Notes: generated by a model from the letters alone, not told the origin. Positions 20,511 through 30,089 are shown, numbered from the stretch's first letter. The stretch is DNA of 64,000 nt from Deltaproteobacteria bacterium (GCA_034670305.1 JAXMNT010000005.1:96001-160000), one strand, 5' to 3'. Made by a program: numbers and translations.

Positions 20511-22738
20511 CCCAGCTCGCCATCGACGGACTCGAACCCGAACGCGATGCACGCGAAGAGGACGACGTGCCCTCCCGCGCGCAGCGGCGGCCCGAACACC
20601 GGCCCCCTCGGAGCAAACGCCGCAAGACCCGTCGCGCCCTGCGCCGCTCCGTGCTGCCGCCGAGCACGGACGAGAGCGCGACTGCGTCGGGAAGCACTGC
20701 GCCTTCGGGAAGCACTGCGCCTTCGGGAAGCACTGCGCCTTCGGGAAGCACTGCGCCTTCGGGAAGCACTGCGCCTTCGGGAAGCACTGCGCCTTCGGGA
20801 AGCACTGCGCCTTCGGGGGCGGCGGCCAGCGAACTTCCGGTGGGCGCCACGGCCGTGCTCCCCACGTTCCCTGCTCCGGAGCCCGCGCCCAAGCGGCGGG
20901 GCGTCTCGGTCGGGGACGATCCGGAGCTCGCGCACGCGGCGATCGTGATCGGCCAGCTCCCCGTGCAGCTCGTGCTTCGACGGGAACCTCGATGGCGCGG
21001 CACCCCGGTCGCGATCGTCGCGGGTGATGGACCCAACGCGTTGGTCACCCACCTGTCTCGGGAGGCACGCAAGCGAGGCCTGCGGGTCGGGTTGAGCCAA
21101 GGGGTCGCCCGCAACCTGGTGCCCGATCTTCGAACCCGCATCGTCACCGACGCAGAGCGCGACGCACTTCACCAGGACCTCGCCCGCGGTCTGCAGCTCT
21201 TCTCTCCGCGCGTGACGATCGAAGAACGTTTCGAAGGGTGTTTCACCGTCGACCCGACCGGGCTCGGTCCGCTCTTCGGCGGCATGGCCGCGTGGACGCG
21301 CGCGGTGCACGCGTACCTGAAAGGCCGCGGACTCTGGGCCGCCGTCGTGGTCGGCCGACACCGCTACCGCACGCTGGTCTCGGCGCTGTCGATGAACGGC
21401 CCCGCGGTGCTGAGCGCGGAAGACGAGTCCTCGAAGAGCGACGCGTGCACGCTGCGCGCGCTTGGGGTGCCGGAGAAGATCGCCGACCCCCTCGCGATGT
21501 TGAAGGTGCGCACCGTCGGCGCGCTGCGCGCACTCCCGGCGGGCGAACTCGAGACCCGGTTCGGAAGAGACATCCGCGCCCTGCAGGATCTCTTCGCCGA
21601 CCAGGGGCACCTTCCGATGCAGCCGCTCCGCCCCGAGGCACCGCGGCGCATCGAGCGAGAACTGCTGCCCCCGAGAACCACCCGCCATGCCGCGCTCGCG
21701 GATCTCTCCGCGTCGATCGACGAGCTCCTCGTGGATCTTCGTGGGCGCGGGGAAGTCGCCGAGGCGCTCACCTTCTCCCTTCAACTCGAGCGCCACGGAA
21801 CAGCCCGGCTGAGCGACTCCGAACGCCAGGTCGAAGCCCGCCTCGAACCGGCCGAACCCACCTGCGACCATGCGGTCTGGATGGAACTCGTCGGCCTGCG
21901 CTTCGACGAGATCCCCTTGCCCGCCGCGGTCCAGTCACTGGTCGTCGAAGCGGAGGTCCGGGCGCACCACGGCCAGCAGCTGCGGGTCCAGACCGAACCG
22001 GTTCCAAGACGCGACGCCCACGCCGCGGCCCGCGCGCTGGCCCGCCTGCGCGCCAGCTACGGCCCCTCCGCCGTCGCGCGTGCCGAGCTGCGCGACGCCC
22101 ACTTGCCGGAAGCGAAATTCGCGCTGGTCCCCTTCGAACCCGGCGCGCGCCTCGTGCGCAAGGCCGCACCGTCGCGGGCCAAGCCGGCGGTTCGGCACGC
22201 CAGCGCCTCCCCATCCGCACTGGCAGACGCGAAGGCGACACCGAGCGACGCGCCGAAGTCCGCCGGCGCCACGACCGAGCGCACCGTCATCGGAGGCGCG
22301 TCCGGCGCGCGCGCCGCGGGGTCGCTCGTCCTGCTCCGGTCCGACGCGCCCCGCTCCGACGCCATTCGGACCGACTCGGCCGACGCGGACGAAGACGCAC
22401 GCAGCGACGCAGCCGAGGACGGCGGCGACGACCTGGCGAGCCGGCGGGACGCCAGCGTGCCACTGCACGACCACGCACCGGACCGCCCGCGCCTGGCGCG
22501 CCGACTTCTCGCGCGTCCGCGTCGTTTGGGGGCGGGCCGCGAACCTGCGATCGGGGAGCGGGTGGTCGCGTTCTACGGACCGCACACGATCAGCGGGGGA
22601 TGGTGGGGCGCGCCGACGCCGAGCGGCGCGGTGCGCTCCACCGAACGCACGTACTTCTACGTCGAAGGAGAGAGCGGCCGGCTGCACTGGGTCTATCGAT
22701 CGCGCGGCGAGTGGTTCCTGCAGGGACACGTGGACTGA
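20507..22738 (+). CDS. imuB: ImuB, inactive Y-family polymerase
   Basis: ARKRGLRVG, FSPRV, C-terminal GPHTISGGWW...ERTYFYVE...WFLQGHVD; ATGA overlap with imuA. Confidence 0.82.
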   Translation: MTQLAIDGLEPERDAREEDDVPSRAQRRPEHRPPRSKRRKTRRALRRSVLPPSTDESATASGSTAPSGSTAPSGSTAPSGSTAPSGSTAPSGSTAPSGSTAPSGAAASELPVGATAVLPTFPAPEPAPKRRGVSVGDDPELAHAAIVIGQLPVQLVLRREPRWRGTPVAIVAGDGPNALVTHLSREARKRGLRVGLSQGVARNLVPDLRTRIVTDAERDALHQDLARGLQLFSPRVTIEERFEGCFTVDPTGLGPLFGGMAAWTRAVHAYLKGRGLWAAVVVGRHRYRTLVSALSMNGPAVLSAEDESSKSDACTLRALGVPEKIADPLAMLKVRTVGALRALPAGELETRFGRDIRALQDLFADQGHLPMQPLRPEAPRRIERELLPPRTTRHAALADLSASIDELLVDLRGRGEVAEALTFSLQLERHGTARLSDSERQVEARLEPAEPTCDHAVWMELVGLRFDEIPLPAAVQSLVVEAEVRAHHGQQLRVQTEPVPRRDAHAAARALARLRASYGPSAVARAELRDAHLPEAKFALVPFEPGARLVRKAAPSRAKPAVRHASASPSALADAKATPSDAPKSAGATTERTVIGGASGARAAGSLVLLRSDAPRSDAIRTDSADADEDARSDAAEDGGDDLASRRDASVPLHDHAPDRPRLARRLLARPRRLGAGREPAIGERVVAFYGPHTISGGWWGAPTPSGAVRSTERTYFYVEGESGRLHWVYRSRGEWFLQGHVD
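20687..20817 (+). repeat. perfect 18-bp tandem repeat x7 encoding (SGSTAP)7
   Basis: TCGGGAAGCACTGCGCCT repeated 7 times. Confidence 0.95.
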
Positions 22739-22747
22739 TCTCTCCGC

Positions 22748-25700
22748 ATGGCTGCGCCGCCGTACGTTCCGCTGTGGACCAAGAGCCACCACAGCTTTCT
22801 CGAAGGGGCCAGCAGTCCGGAGGAACTGATCGACACCGCCGGGGACCTCGGACTGCCGGCGATCGCCCTGACCGACCGCAACGGTGTGTACGGCGTGGTC
22901 CGCGCCCACGAGCGCGCCCGTTCGCGAGACGACGTGCGCGCGATCTTCGGCGTCGAACTCCGGATCGACGACGAGGAGGGCTCCCACGGTGCGCGTGAAC
23001 TCCAGCGCGGCAAGACCAGCGCCCGGTCGGCCGCGGTCGGTGGCAGGTGCGGTGGCACGCGCGGTGGCACGCGCAGTGGCAGTCGCGGTGCCACGCCCAG
23101 CAACGCAGGCAGCGCCGCCGGTGGCACCCGGAGCGCCATCGATGGCCAGCGCGTTGGCGAGGGTACAACGAGCGGATCGAGTCGCTCGGCACCGCGACGA
23201 GTCGGAGGCGCGCCGGCGGGCCGGGTCGTGCTCTTGCCGGTGGACCGGCGCGGCTGGGCCAACCTCTGTCGGCTGACCACCCGCGCGCACACCCGCGGTG
23301 CCAAGGGCGACGCGTGGGCGACGTGCGAAGAACTCGCCGACCACGCCGAGCACCTCATCGCGCTGAGCGCCGACCTCTCGCTGCTCCCAGTCATCCGTGG
23401 CGCCTTCGATCGCCGCGGACACGCCTTCGTCGCGCGTCACCGCATCTCCGGAGAACGGGAGCGCGAACAGCAACTGCGCGCCGCAGCATGGCGCCTCGGC
23501 CTTGGCCTCGTCGGCGGCCAAGAGGTGCTCTACCACCACCCCGATCGGCGCCGGCTGCAGGACGCGGTCAACTGCATCCGCCACCACACCACGCTCCGCC
23601 ACGCCGGCTCGATCCTCAAACCCAACCACGACTTCGCGATCCGCAGCGCGCGGGCGATGCGCGCCCTCTTCCGCGACGACCCGGCGCTGCTCCACGCCAC
23701 CCTCGACATCGCGGCGGAGTGCACCTTCCGGCTCGAAGATCTCCGCTACCGCTACCCGGAGGAGTCGTTGCCCGACGGAGAGACGGAGCAGAGCTGGCTT
23801 CGCGTCCGCACCCTGCGCGGCGCCGAGAATCGGTACCCGGCCGGCGTGCCCGAAGGCGTGCGCACCCAGCTCGAACGCGAGCTCGGCGTCATCGAGCAGC
23901 TCGAATACGGCGGCTACTTCTTGACCATGGTGGAGATCGTCGACTTCTGCCGCGCCGAAGGGATCCTCTGCCAAGGCCGCGGCAGCGCCGCCAACAGCGC
24001 GGTGTGTTTCTGCCTCGGCATCACCGCCATCGATCCGGTGCGCATGGATCTGCTCTTCGAACGTTTCCTCAGCGTCGAACGCGCCGAACCACCCGACATC
24101 GATCTCGACATCGAACACGAGCGCCGCGAGGAGGTCATCCAGCACGTCTACGAACGCTATGGACGCCGCCGCGCCGCGATGGTCGCCAACTGCATCCGCT
24201 ACCGCGGCAAGTCCGCGGTGCGCGAGATGGGCAAAGCGCTCGGCATCCCGGAGACCGATCTGGACGCGGTCAGCAAACTCATGCCGCACTTCGGAGGCGA
24301 GATTCAGGACGCAGAGGAACTGGCCAAGGGCGCGGGGCTCGATCCGCACGCGCCCTCCACGTTTCATCTGTTGAAACTCGCCAGCGAACTCATCGACGCG
24401 CCGAGGCACCAGTCGATCCACCCCGGCGGCTTCTTGCTCGGCGACGTGCCGGTCGACGAACTCGTGCCGGTCGAACCCGCGACGATGGAAGGCCGCACGG
24501 TGATCCAGTGGGACAAGTACGACGTCGAGAACCTGGCGCTCTTCAAGGTCGACCTGCTCGGCCTCGGCGCGCTCACCTGCATCCGCAAGTCCTTCGAGCT
24601 GCTGCGCGAACACGAAGGGCTCGACCTCGGCATCGCCACCGTGCCGCCCGACGACAAAGCGACCTACGACATGGTCTCCCGCGGCGACACCGTGGGCGTC
24701 TTCCAAATCGAGAGCCGTGCCCAGATGGCGATGTTGCCGCGCCTCAAACCCCGCACGTTCTACGACCTCGTCATCGAAGTGGCGATCGTGCGGCCGGGCC
24801 CGATTCAAGGCGACATGGTGCACCCCTACCTGCGCCGCCGCGACGGACTCGAGACCGTCGAGTACCCGCATCCGAAACTCGAGCGTGTGCTCCAGAAGAC
24901 GCTCGGCGTGCCGATCTTCCAGGAGCAGGTGATGAAGGTCGCGGTCGCGGTCGCGGACTACACGCCGGGCGAAGCCGACCAACTGCGCCGCGACATGGCC
25001 GCCTGGCGAAGCTCCGGCAAGATCGAGCAGCACCACGAACGCATGACCGGCGCGATGGTGAACAACGGCATCCCCCTCGACTTCGCCGAGCGTGTCTTCT
25101 CGCAGATCCGCGGCTTCGGCGAATACGGCTTCCCCGAGAGCCACGCCGCGTCGTTTGCGCTGCTCGCCTACGTCACCTCGTGGCTGCGCTGCCACCACCC
25201 CGCCGCCTTCGCCTGCGCGCTCCTCAACAGCATGCCGATGGGCTTCTACAGCGCCGCCACCCTGGTCGAAGACGCGCGCCGCAACGGCGTCGACGTCCTC
25301 CCCATCGACGTCCTGAGCAGCACCTACGACCACTGCCTGGTCCGCGACGCACTCGACTCGGGCGTGGGGGCGGGAGCCGGAGGGGGCGCGGAAGCGGGAG
25401 CGGGAGCGGGAGCGGGAGCGGTGGCGGAAGCAGGGGCGGGAGCGGAAGCGGGAGCGGCTGCGGGATCGGACGCGGCTTCGGGGTCGGCTTCGGCTTCGGC
25501 TTCGGGGTCGGGATCGGCTTCGGCTTCGGGATCGGCTTCGGGCGCACCCGAGGGCACGGGCAAGGGCAAGGGCACGGGCAAGGGAGCGCCGCCTTTGGCG
25601 GCGCTGCGAATGGGCATGCGGCTCGTCAAAGGCCTCTCCGAGTCCGACGCCCACTCGATCGAAACCCTCCGCCGCTCCGGCCGGCTCACCTCGCTCGAAC

Positions 25701-26314
25701 GCCTCGTGCGCGAGACAACCCTCTCCGAACGCGCCCTCGTCTCTCTCGCCGAAGCCGGGGCGCTCGAACGACTCACCCGGAGCCGCCGCGATGCGCTCTG
25801 GCAGATCCGCGCTTTGACCCGCGCCCGCCAAGACGGCATCGCCGCCGCCGCGCCCCGCACCCAGCTCAGCTTCGACGCCCTGACGGAAGACGAAGCCGTG
25901 CTCTGGGACTACCGCGCGTCGAAACACAGCGCGCGCGGCCACCCGATCGCGCGCTTCCGATCGGAGCTCCATGCGCGCGGCATGCCGAGCGCCGTCGACC
26001 TCGAACGCAACCTGCACGGCGACGTCGTGAAGTACGTCGGGCTCGTCATCTGTCGGCAGCGGCCGATGACCGCGAGCGGTGTCACCTTCATGACGCTCGA
26101 AGACGAGACCGGCTTCGCCAACCTCGTCTTCTGGGCCCGTCAGTTCGAACAGGACAGCGTGCTCTTGAAGACCGCGGTGGTGCTCGGCGTCACCGCCGAG
26201 GTGCAGAAGGCCGACGGCGTCACCCACCTCATCGTGCAGCGCGCCTGGCGACCACCCCCCGAGCTGCAACCGAAGACTCAAGAGCTGAACCACCAGTCCC
26301 GCGACTTCCATTGA
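22748..26314 (+). CDS. dnaE2: error-prone DNA polymerase DnaE2 (ImuC)
   Basis: SFLEGASSPEE, GRGSAANS, PPDIDLD, YGFPESHAASFA, C-terminal SRDFH. Confidence 0.95.
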   Translation: MAAPPYVPLWTKSHHSFLEGASSPEELIDTAGDLGLPAIALTDRNGVYGVVRAHERARSRDDVRAIFGVELRIDDEEGSHGARELQRGKTSARSAAVGGRCGGTRGGTRSGSRGATPSNAGSAAGGTRSAIDGQRVGEGTTSGSSRSAPRRVGGAPAGRVVLLPVDRRGWANLCRLTTRAHTRGAKGDAWATCEELADHAEHLIALSADLSLLPVIRGAFDRRGHAFVARHRISGEREREQQLRAAAWRLGLGLVGGQEVLYHHPDRRRLQDAVNCIRHHTTLRHAGSILKPNHDFAIRSARAMRALFRDDPALLHATLDIAAECTFRLEDLRYRYPEESLPDGETEQSWLRVRTLRGAENRYPAGVPEGVRTQLERELGVIEQLEYGGYFLTMVEIVDFCRAEGILCQGRGSAANSAVCFCLGITAIDPVRMDLLFERFLSVERAEPPDIDLDIEHERREEVIQHVYERYGRRRAAMVANCIRYRGKSAVREMGKALGIPETDLDAVSKLMPHFGGEIQDAEELAKGAGLDPHAPSTFHLLKLASELIDAPRHQSIHPGGFLLGDVPVDELVPVEPATMEGRTVIQWDKYDVENLALFKVDLLGLGALTCIRKSFELLREHEGLDLGIATVPPDDKATYDMVSRGDTVGVFQIESRAQMAMLPRLKPRTFYDLVIEVAIVRPGPIQGDMVHPYLRRRDGLETVEYPHPKLERVLQKTLGVPIFQEQVMKVAVAVADYTPGEADQLRRDMAAWRSSGKIEQHHERMTGAMVNNGIPLDFAERVFSQIRGFGEYGFPESHAASFALLAYVTSWLRCHHPAAFACALLNSMPMGFYSAATLVEDARRNGVDVLPIDVLSSTYDHCLVRDALDSGVGAGAGGGAEAGAGAGAGAVAEAGAGAEAGAAAGSDAASGSASASASGSGSASASGSASGAPEGTGKGKGTGKGAPPLAALRMGMRLVKGLSESDAHSIETLRRSGRLTSLERLVRETTLSERALVSLAEAGALERLTRSRRDALWQIRALTRARQDGIAAAAPRTQLSFDALTEDEAVLWDYRASKHSARGHPIARFRSELHARGMPSAVDLERNLHGDVVKYVGLVICRQRPMTASGVTFMTLEDETGFANLVFWARQFEQDSVLLKTAVVLGVTAEVQKADGVTHLIVQRAWRPPPELQPKTQELNHQSRDFH

Positions 26315-26598
26315 TGCACGTGAGCCGCAGTCACCGTGACCTCAACAGCGTGTGCCGTGGCCGTGCCCGTGCCCGTGCCCGTGCCCGTGCCCGTGGCTTC
26401 CGAGGCTTCGGAGTCGCCACCCGCAGCCATCTTCGGATTGGGCTTCACGCTTCGGCGTCAAAGTGCGTCGGACACCACGCACACATGAACGACGCCGATC
26501 CGAAAAACTTCTCTCAATGTGCAGACGGGCGGTTGACGGACCGGAAGGGCGTACCCAATCTGCTGTCTCCCGCGGCGCAGAAAGAAAAGGGAACTTCC

Positions 26599-26799
26599 AT
26601 GATTCATTTGCGCTTCGAAGGACGCTCCTACGAGTTCACGCCCCTGCAGCTCGGTGTTCACGCCGGCAGCGACGCGCGGCACATCAAGGAGCGGATCGCT
26701 CAGTTCCTCGACGTCGGCACGGACCGGCTCCAGCCCTACGTCGTCGATCATTCCCCCACCGGACACGTCATCGTTCGTCCGGAAGCCGTCTACGGCTGA
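26599..26799 (+). CDS. small 66-aa putative ubiquitin-like (beta-grasp) protein ending in Gly
   Basis: MIHLRFEGRSYEF...IKERIAQFLDVGTDRL..YVVD...VIVRPEAVYG*; purine-rich RBS AAAAGGGAA; TTGACG -35-like element at ~26533. Confidence 0.75.
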   Translation: MIHLRFEGRSYEFTPLQLGVHAGSDARHIKERIAQFLDVGTDRLQPYVVDHSPTGHVIVRPEAVYG

Positions 26800-26840
26800 A
26801 GCCTCTCGACCGACGCTTCCCGTCTTGGCATCAAGAGTTC

Positions 26841-27011
26841 GGTTCTCGCGACCCTACGTAGAAAGCCTACATACCCATTTCAAACCTGAGGATGTCGGTG
26901 CAAGTCCGACCCGGCCCGCCGCGACGAACCGTCGCTTCTCCAATGGGTCGGTAGTTCAATAGATAGAACGCAGGAGAGTATCCAAAAGCTTTCGCGACTC
27001 GCGCGAGATCC
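26841..27011 (+). ncRNA. Y-RNA-like unit 1: circularly permuted tRNA-like domain (T arm, acceptor, D arm) closed by a conserved stem
   Basis: T arm GTCGG-TGCAAGT-CCGAC at 26894-26910; CCGGCCC 26911-17 pairs with the later GGGTCGG 26945-51; D arm GTTC/GAAC; CCTG/CAGG; outer GAAAGC/GCTTTC and CTCGCG/CGCGAG. Confidence 0.8.
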
Positions 27012-27053
27012 AATCCAACACTGTCCCAAGGGACCCCAACTTCGTCAGGCTAC

Positions 27054-27132
27054 GGTCTGGCACCGTCGGACGTGAGTCCGGCAAAGGGTTGGACGCAAGT
27101 CCAACCTAGACCAAGATGCAAAGCAGCTTGGT
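27054..27132 (+). ncRNA. structured element: 7-bp acceptor-like helix with two GNRA hairpins
   Basis: GGTCTGG/CTAGACC enclosing GTCGGAC-GTGA-GTCCGGC and GGTTGGAC-GCAA-GTCCAACC. Confidence 0.5.
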
Positions 27133-27135
27133 TAT

Positions 27136-27282
27136 GGCGTTGTAGCTCAGTGGTAGAGCTCCAAGTTTACACCGCTTTCGAAACTTACGCGCAGAGCAAT
27201 CAAGCGCGGCCTCATCGTGGAAGCGTACATACTGTTTGGCCTCATAAGCCGGATGTCATAGGTTCGAATCCTATCAACGCCA
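27136..27282 (+). ncRNA. Y-RNA-like unit 2: tRNA(CAT)-like cloverleaf interrupted by a 75-nt insert
   Basis: GGCGTTG/CAACGCC-A acceptor, GCTC-AGTGGTA-GAGC D arm, CC[insert 27163-27237]GGC-CTCATAA-GCCGG, ATAGG-TTCGAAT-CCTAT. Confidence 0.8.
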
Positions 27283-27312
27283 CCGACGAACAGATGTCTT
27301 CGACGTCTGACC

Positions 27313-27408
27313 TCGCGCCCACCACCTGTTCCTACACACTCTCTTTGCAACAGAAGTTCTGTCTTCGGGGAGCGATCCCCGTCGCAAACGAACAGGCGAC
27401 TTTCGCGA
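27313..27408 (+). ncRNA. Y-RNA-like unit 3 (degenerate body)
   Basis: TCGCG/CGCGA, CCTGTTC/GAACAGG, CTACACAC motif, internal GGGGA-GCGA-TCCCC hairpin. Confidence 0.65.
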
Positions 27409-27558
27409 ACACTCGTCACCAACGTTATTGCCCGTCTCTCGCGGGGTTTCTGTGGGCCCGGACGCCTTCGGCTTTCCGAACCCTCGAAAACGGCTCCGGA
27501 CCTGCTCGTCGCTTCGCTCCTGCGCGGGCCCAGAGCCTCCCGCGCGAAAGATCACGTT

Positions 27559-27678
27559 CCTCGTGCCCTCACCCTCGCGGCTTACACACTCGTCTAATGG
27601 CTAGACACCGGATTATGGATCCGGCCATGGTGGTTCGATTCCACCGTGTCCAAATCAGCCGAGAAACCTTGCACGAGG
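27559..27678 (+). ncRNA. Y-RNA-like unit 4: D/anticodon(ATG)/T arms with the acceptor replaced by the conserved stem
   Basis: GTCT/AGAC, CCGGA-TTATGGA-TCCGG, GGTGG-TTCGATT-CCACC; ACAC/GTGT, CGGCT/AGCCG, CCTCGTGC/GCACGAGG. Confidence 0.8.
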
Positions 27679-27690
27679 TTCACAACTTTC

Positions 27691-27820
27691 TTCCTCGTAC
27701 CCTCACAGGACCGGCTTACATACTAGCCTAATTGGTAAAGGCGACGGATTCTTAATCTGTAGATTGGGGGTTCGAGTCCCCCGTATACTCAAAACAGCCG
27801 ATCCAATCTTGTACGAGGAA
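27691..27820 (+). ncRNA. Y-RNA-like unit 5: D/anticodon(CTT)/T arms with the acceptor replaced by the conserved stem
   Basis: GCCT-AATTGGTAA-AGGC, ACGGA-TTCTTAA-TCTGT, GGGGG-TTCGAGT-CCCCC; ATAC/GTAT, CGGCT/AGCCG, TTCCTCGTAC/GTACGAGGAA. Confidence 0.82.
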
Positions 27821-27853
27821 ACTATTTTGTCGGCGCCATTCGGCGCCTTCTGC

Positions 27854-27889
27854 ACCTGACACCTCGACCTGCGGGTCGAGGTGTCGGGT
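27854..27889 (+). other. strong 16-bp hairpin after the RNA array
   Basis: ACCTGACACCTCGACC-TGCG-GGTCGAGGTGTCGGGT; no clear U tract. Confidence 0.55.
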
Positions 27890-27949
27890 CGCTTGGGTTT
27901 CGAAGCATCGGACACGTTCCGAAGCCGGTTCTCGGCATCGGAACGCGGA

Positions 27950-28080
27950 GTCGGTTTCCGGCTTCGGACTCGGCTTCGGCTTCGGCTTCGGCTTCGGATT
28001 CGGCTTCGGCTTCGGCTTCGGCTTCGGCTTCGGCTTCGGCTTCGTATTCGGCTTCGGTTTCGGCTTCGGTTTCGGTTTCC
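27950..28080. repeat. (GCTTCG)n hexamer tract
   Basis: Tandem hexamers. Confidence 0.85.
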
Positions 28081-28119
28081 GCCTCTGTTTCCGCGACCGC
28101 GACCGCTCTTGGGCGATGA

Positions 28120-29694
<1,575 letters not shown>

Positions 29695-29898
29695 GCGGCT
29701 GCGTCCTCTACACCTCCCACCGTGACCGCCGTCGCCGTTCCACCGAACGGCGGCGGCGGCATCACGCATGGTCGGCCGACGGGCAGTGCGCCCTCGGTCT
29801 TCTCTCGGACGCCGCGCGCAGCGGCGGGGCACGTACCAGCAGCACGTGTCGCGACGCTGCGCGCGGCGCCCGACCACAACGGCTCCGGTGCGCGAGAC

Positions 29899-29990
29899 GG
29901 ACTGCGTTTCGACCGGACGACACTGCGTTTCACCGGACGACACCGCGTTTCGACCGGACAGCGTTTCGGAGAATTTCGAAGCGACGTTTC
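29899..29990 (+). repeat. imperfect 20-21-bp direct repeats with GCGTTTC core
   Basis: ACTGCGTTTC(G)ACCGGACGAC-like units; GCGTTTC at 29904, 29925, 29945, 29961. Confidence 0.7.
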
Positions 29991-30089
29991 GGAGGGACCA
30001 CACAGCGCTTCGAAGCAGCGCTTCGCGAACAGCCGCCGTTCCAAACCTTCGTGCGTGGTCCGCCACGCACACCACCTCAGGAGGTCGTC

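Noticed and set aside
22975-25600. Inteins in DnaE2
   Set aside because: The inserts are low-complexity and lack Cys/Ser starts, His-Asn ends and splicing blocks.
21935-26311. Very long antisense or alternative-frame ORFs (also 43859-47713, 49239-52517, 33419-35494, 58966-61749)
   Set aside because: Shadow ORFs typical of high-GC DNA, overlapping well-supported genes and lacking motifs.
27163-27237. Group I or archaeal-type intron in tRNA(CAT)
   Set aside because: 75 nt is too short for group I, it is not in the anticodon loop and shows no clear bulge-helix-bulge. The insert is instead the array's conserved stem.
27072-27731. 219-aa ORF across the RNA array
   Set aside because: No protein-like features; the region is better explained by covarying RNA helices.
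26841-27820. CRISPR array or ordinary tRNA gene cluster
   Set aside because: There are no identical repeats with unique spacers and no cas genes. No unit is a canonical tRNA: they are permuted, interrupted or acceptor-truncated.
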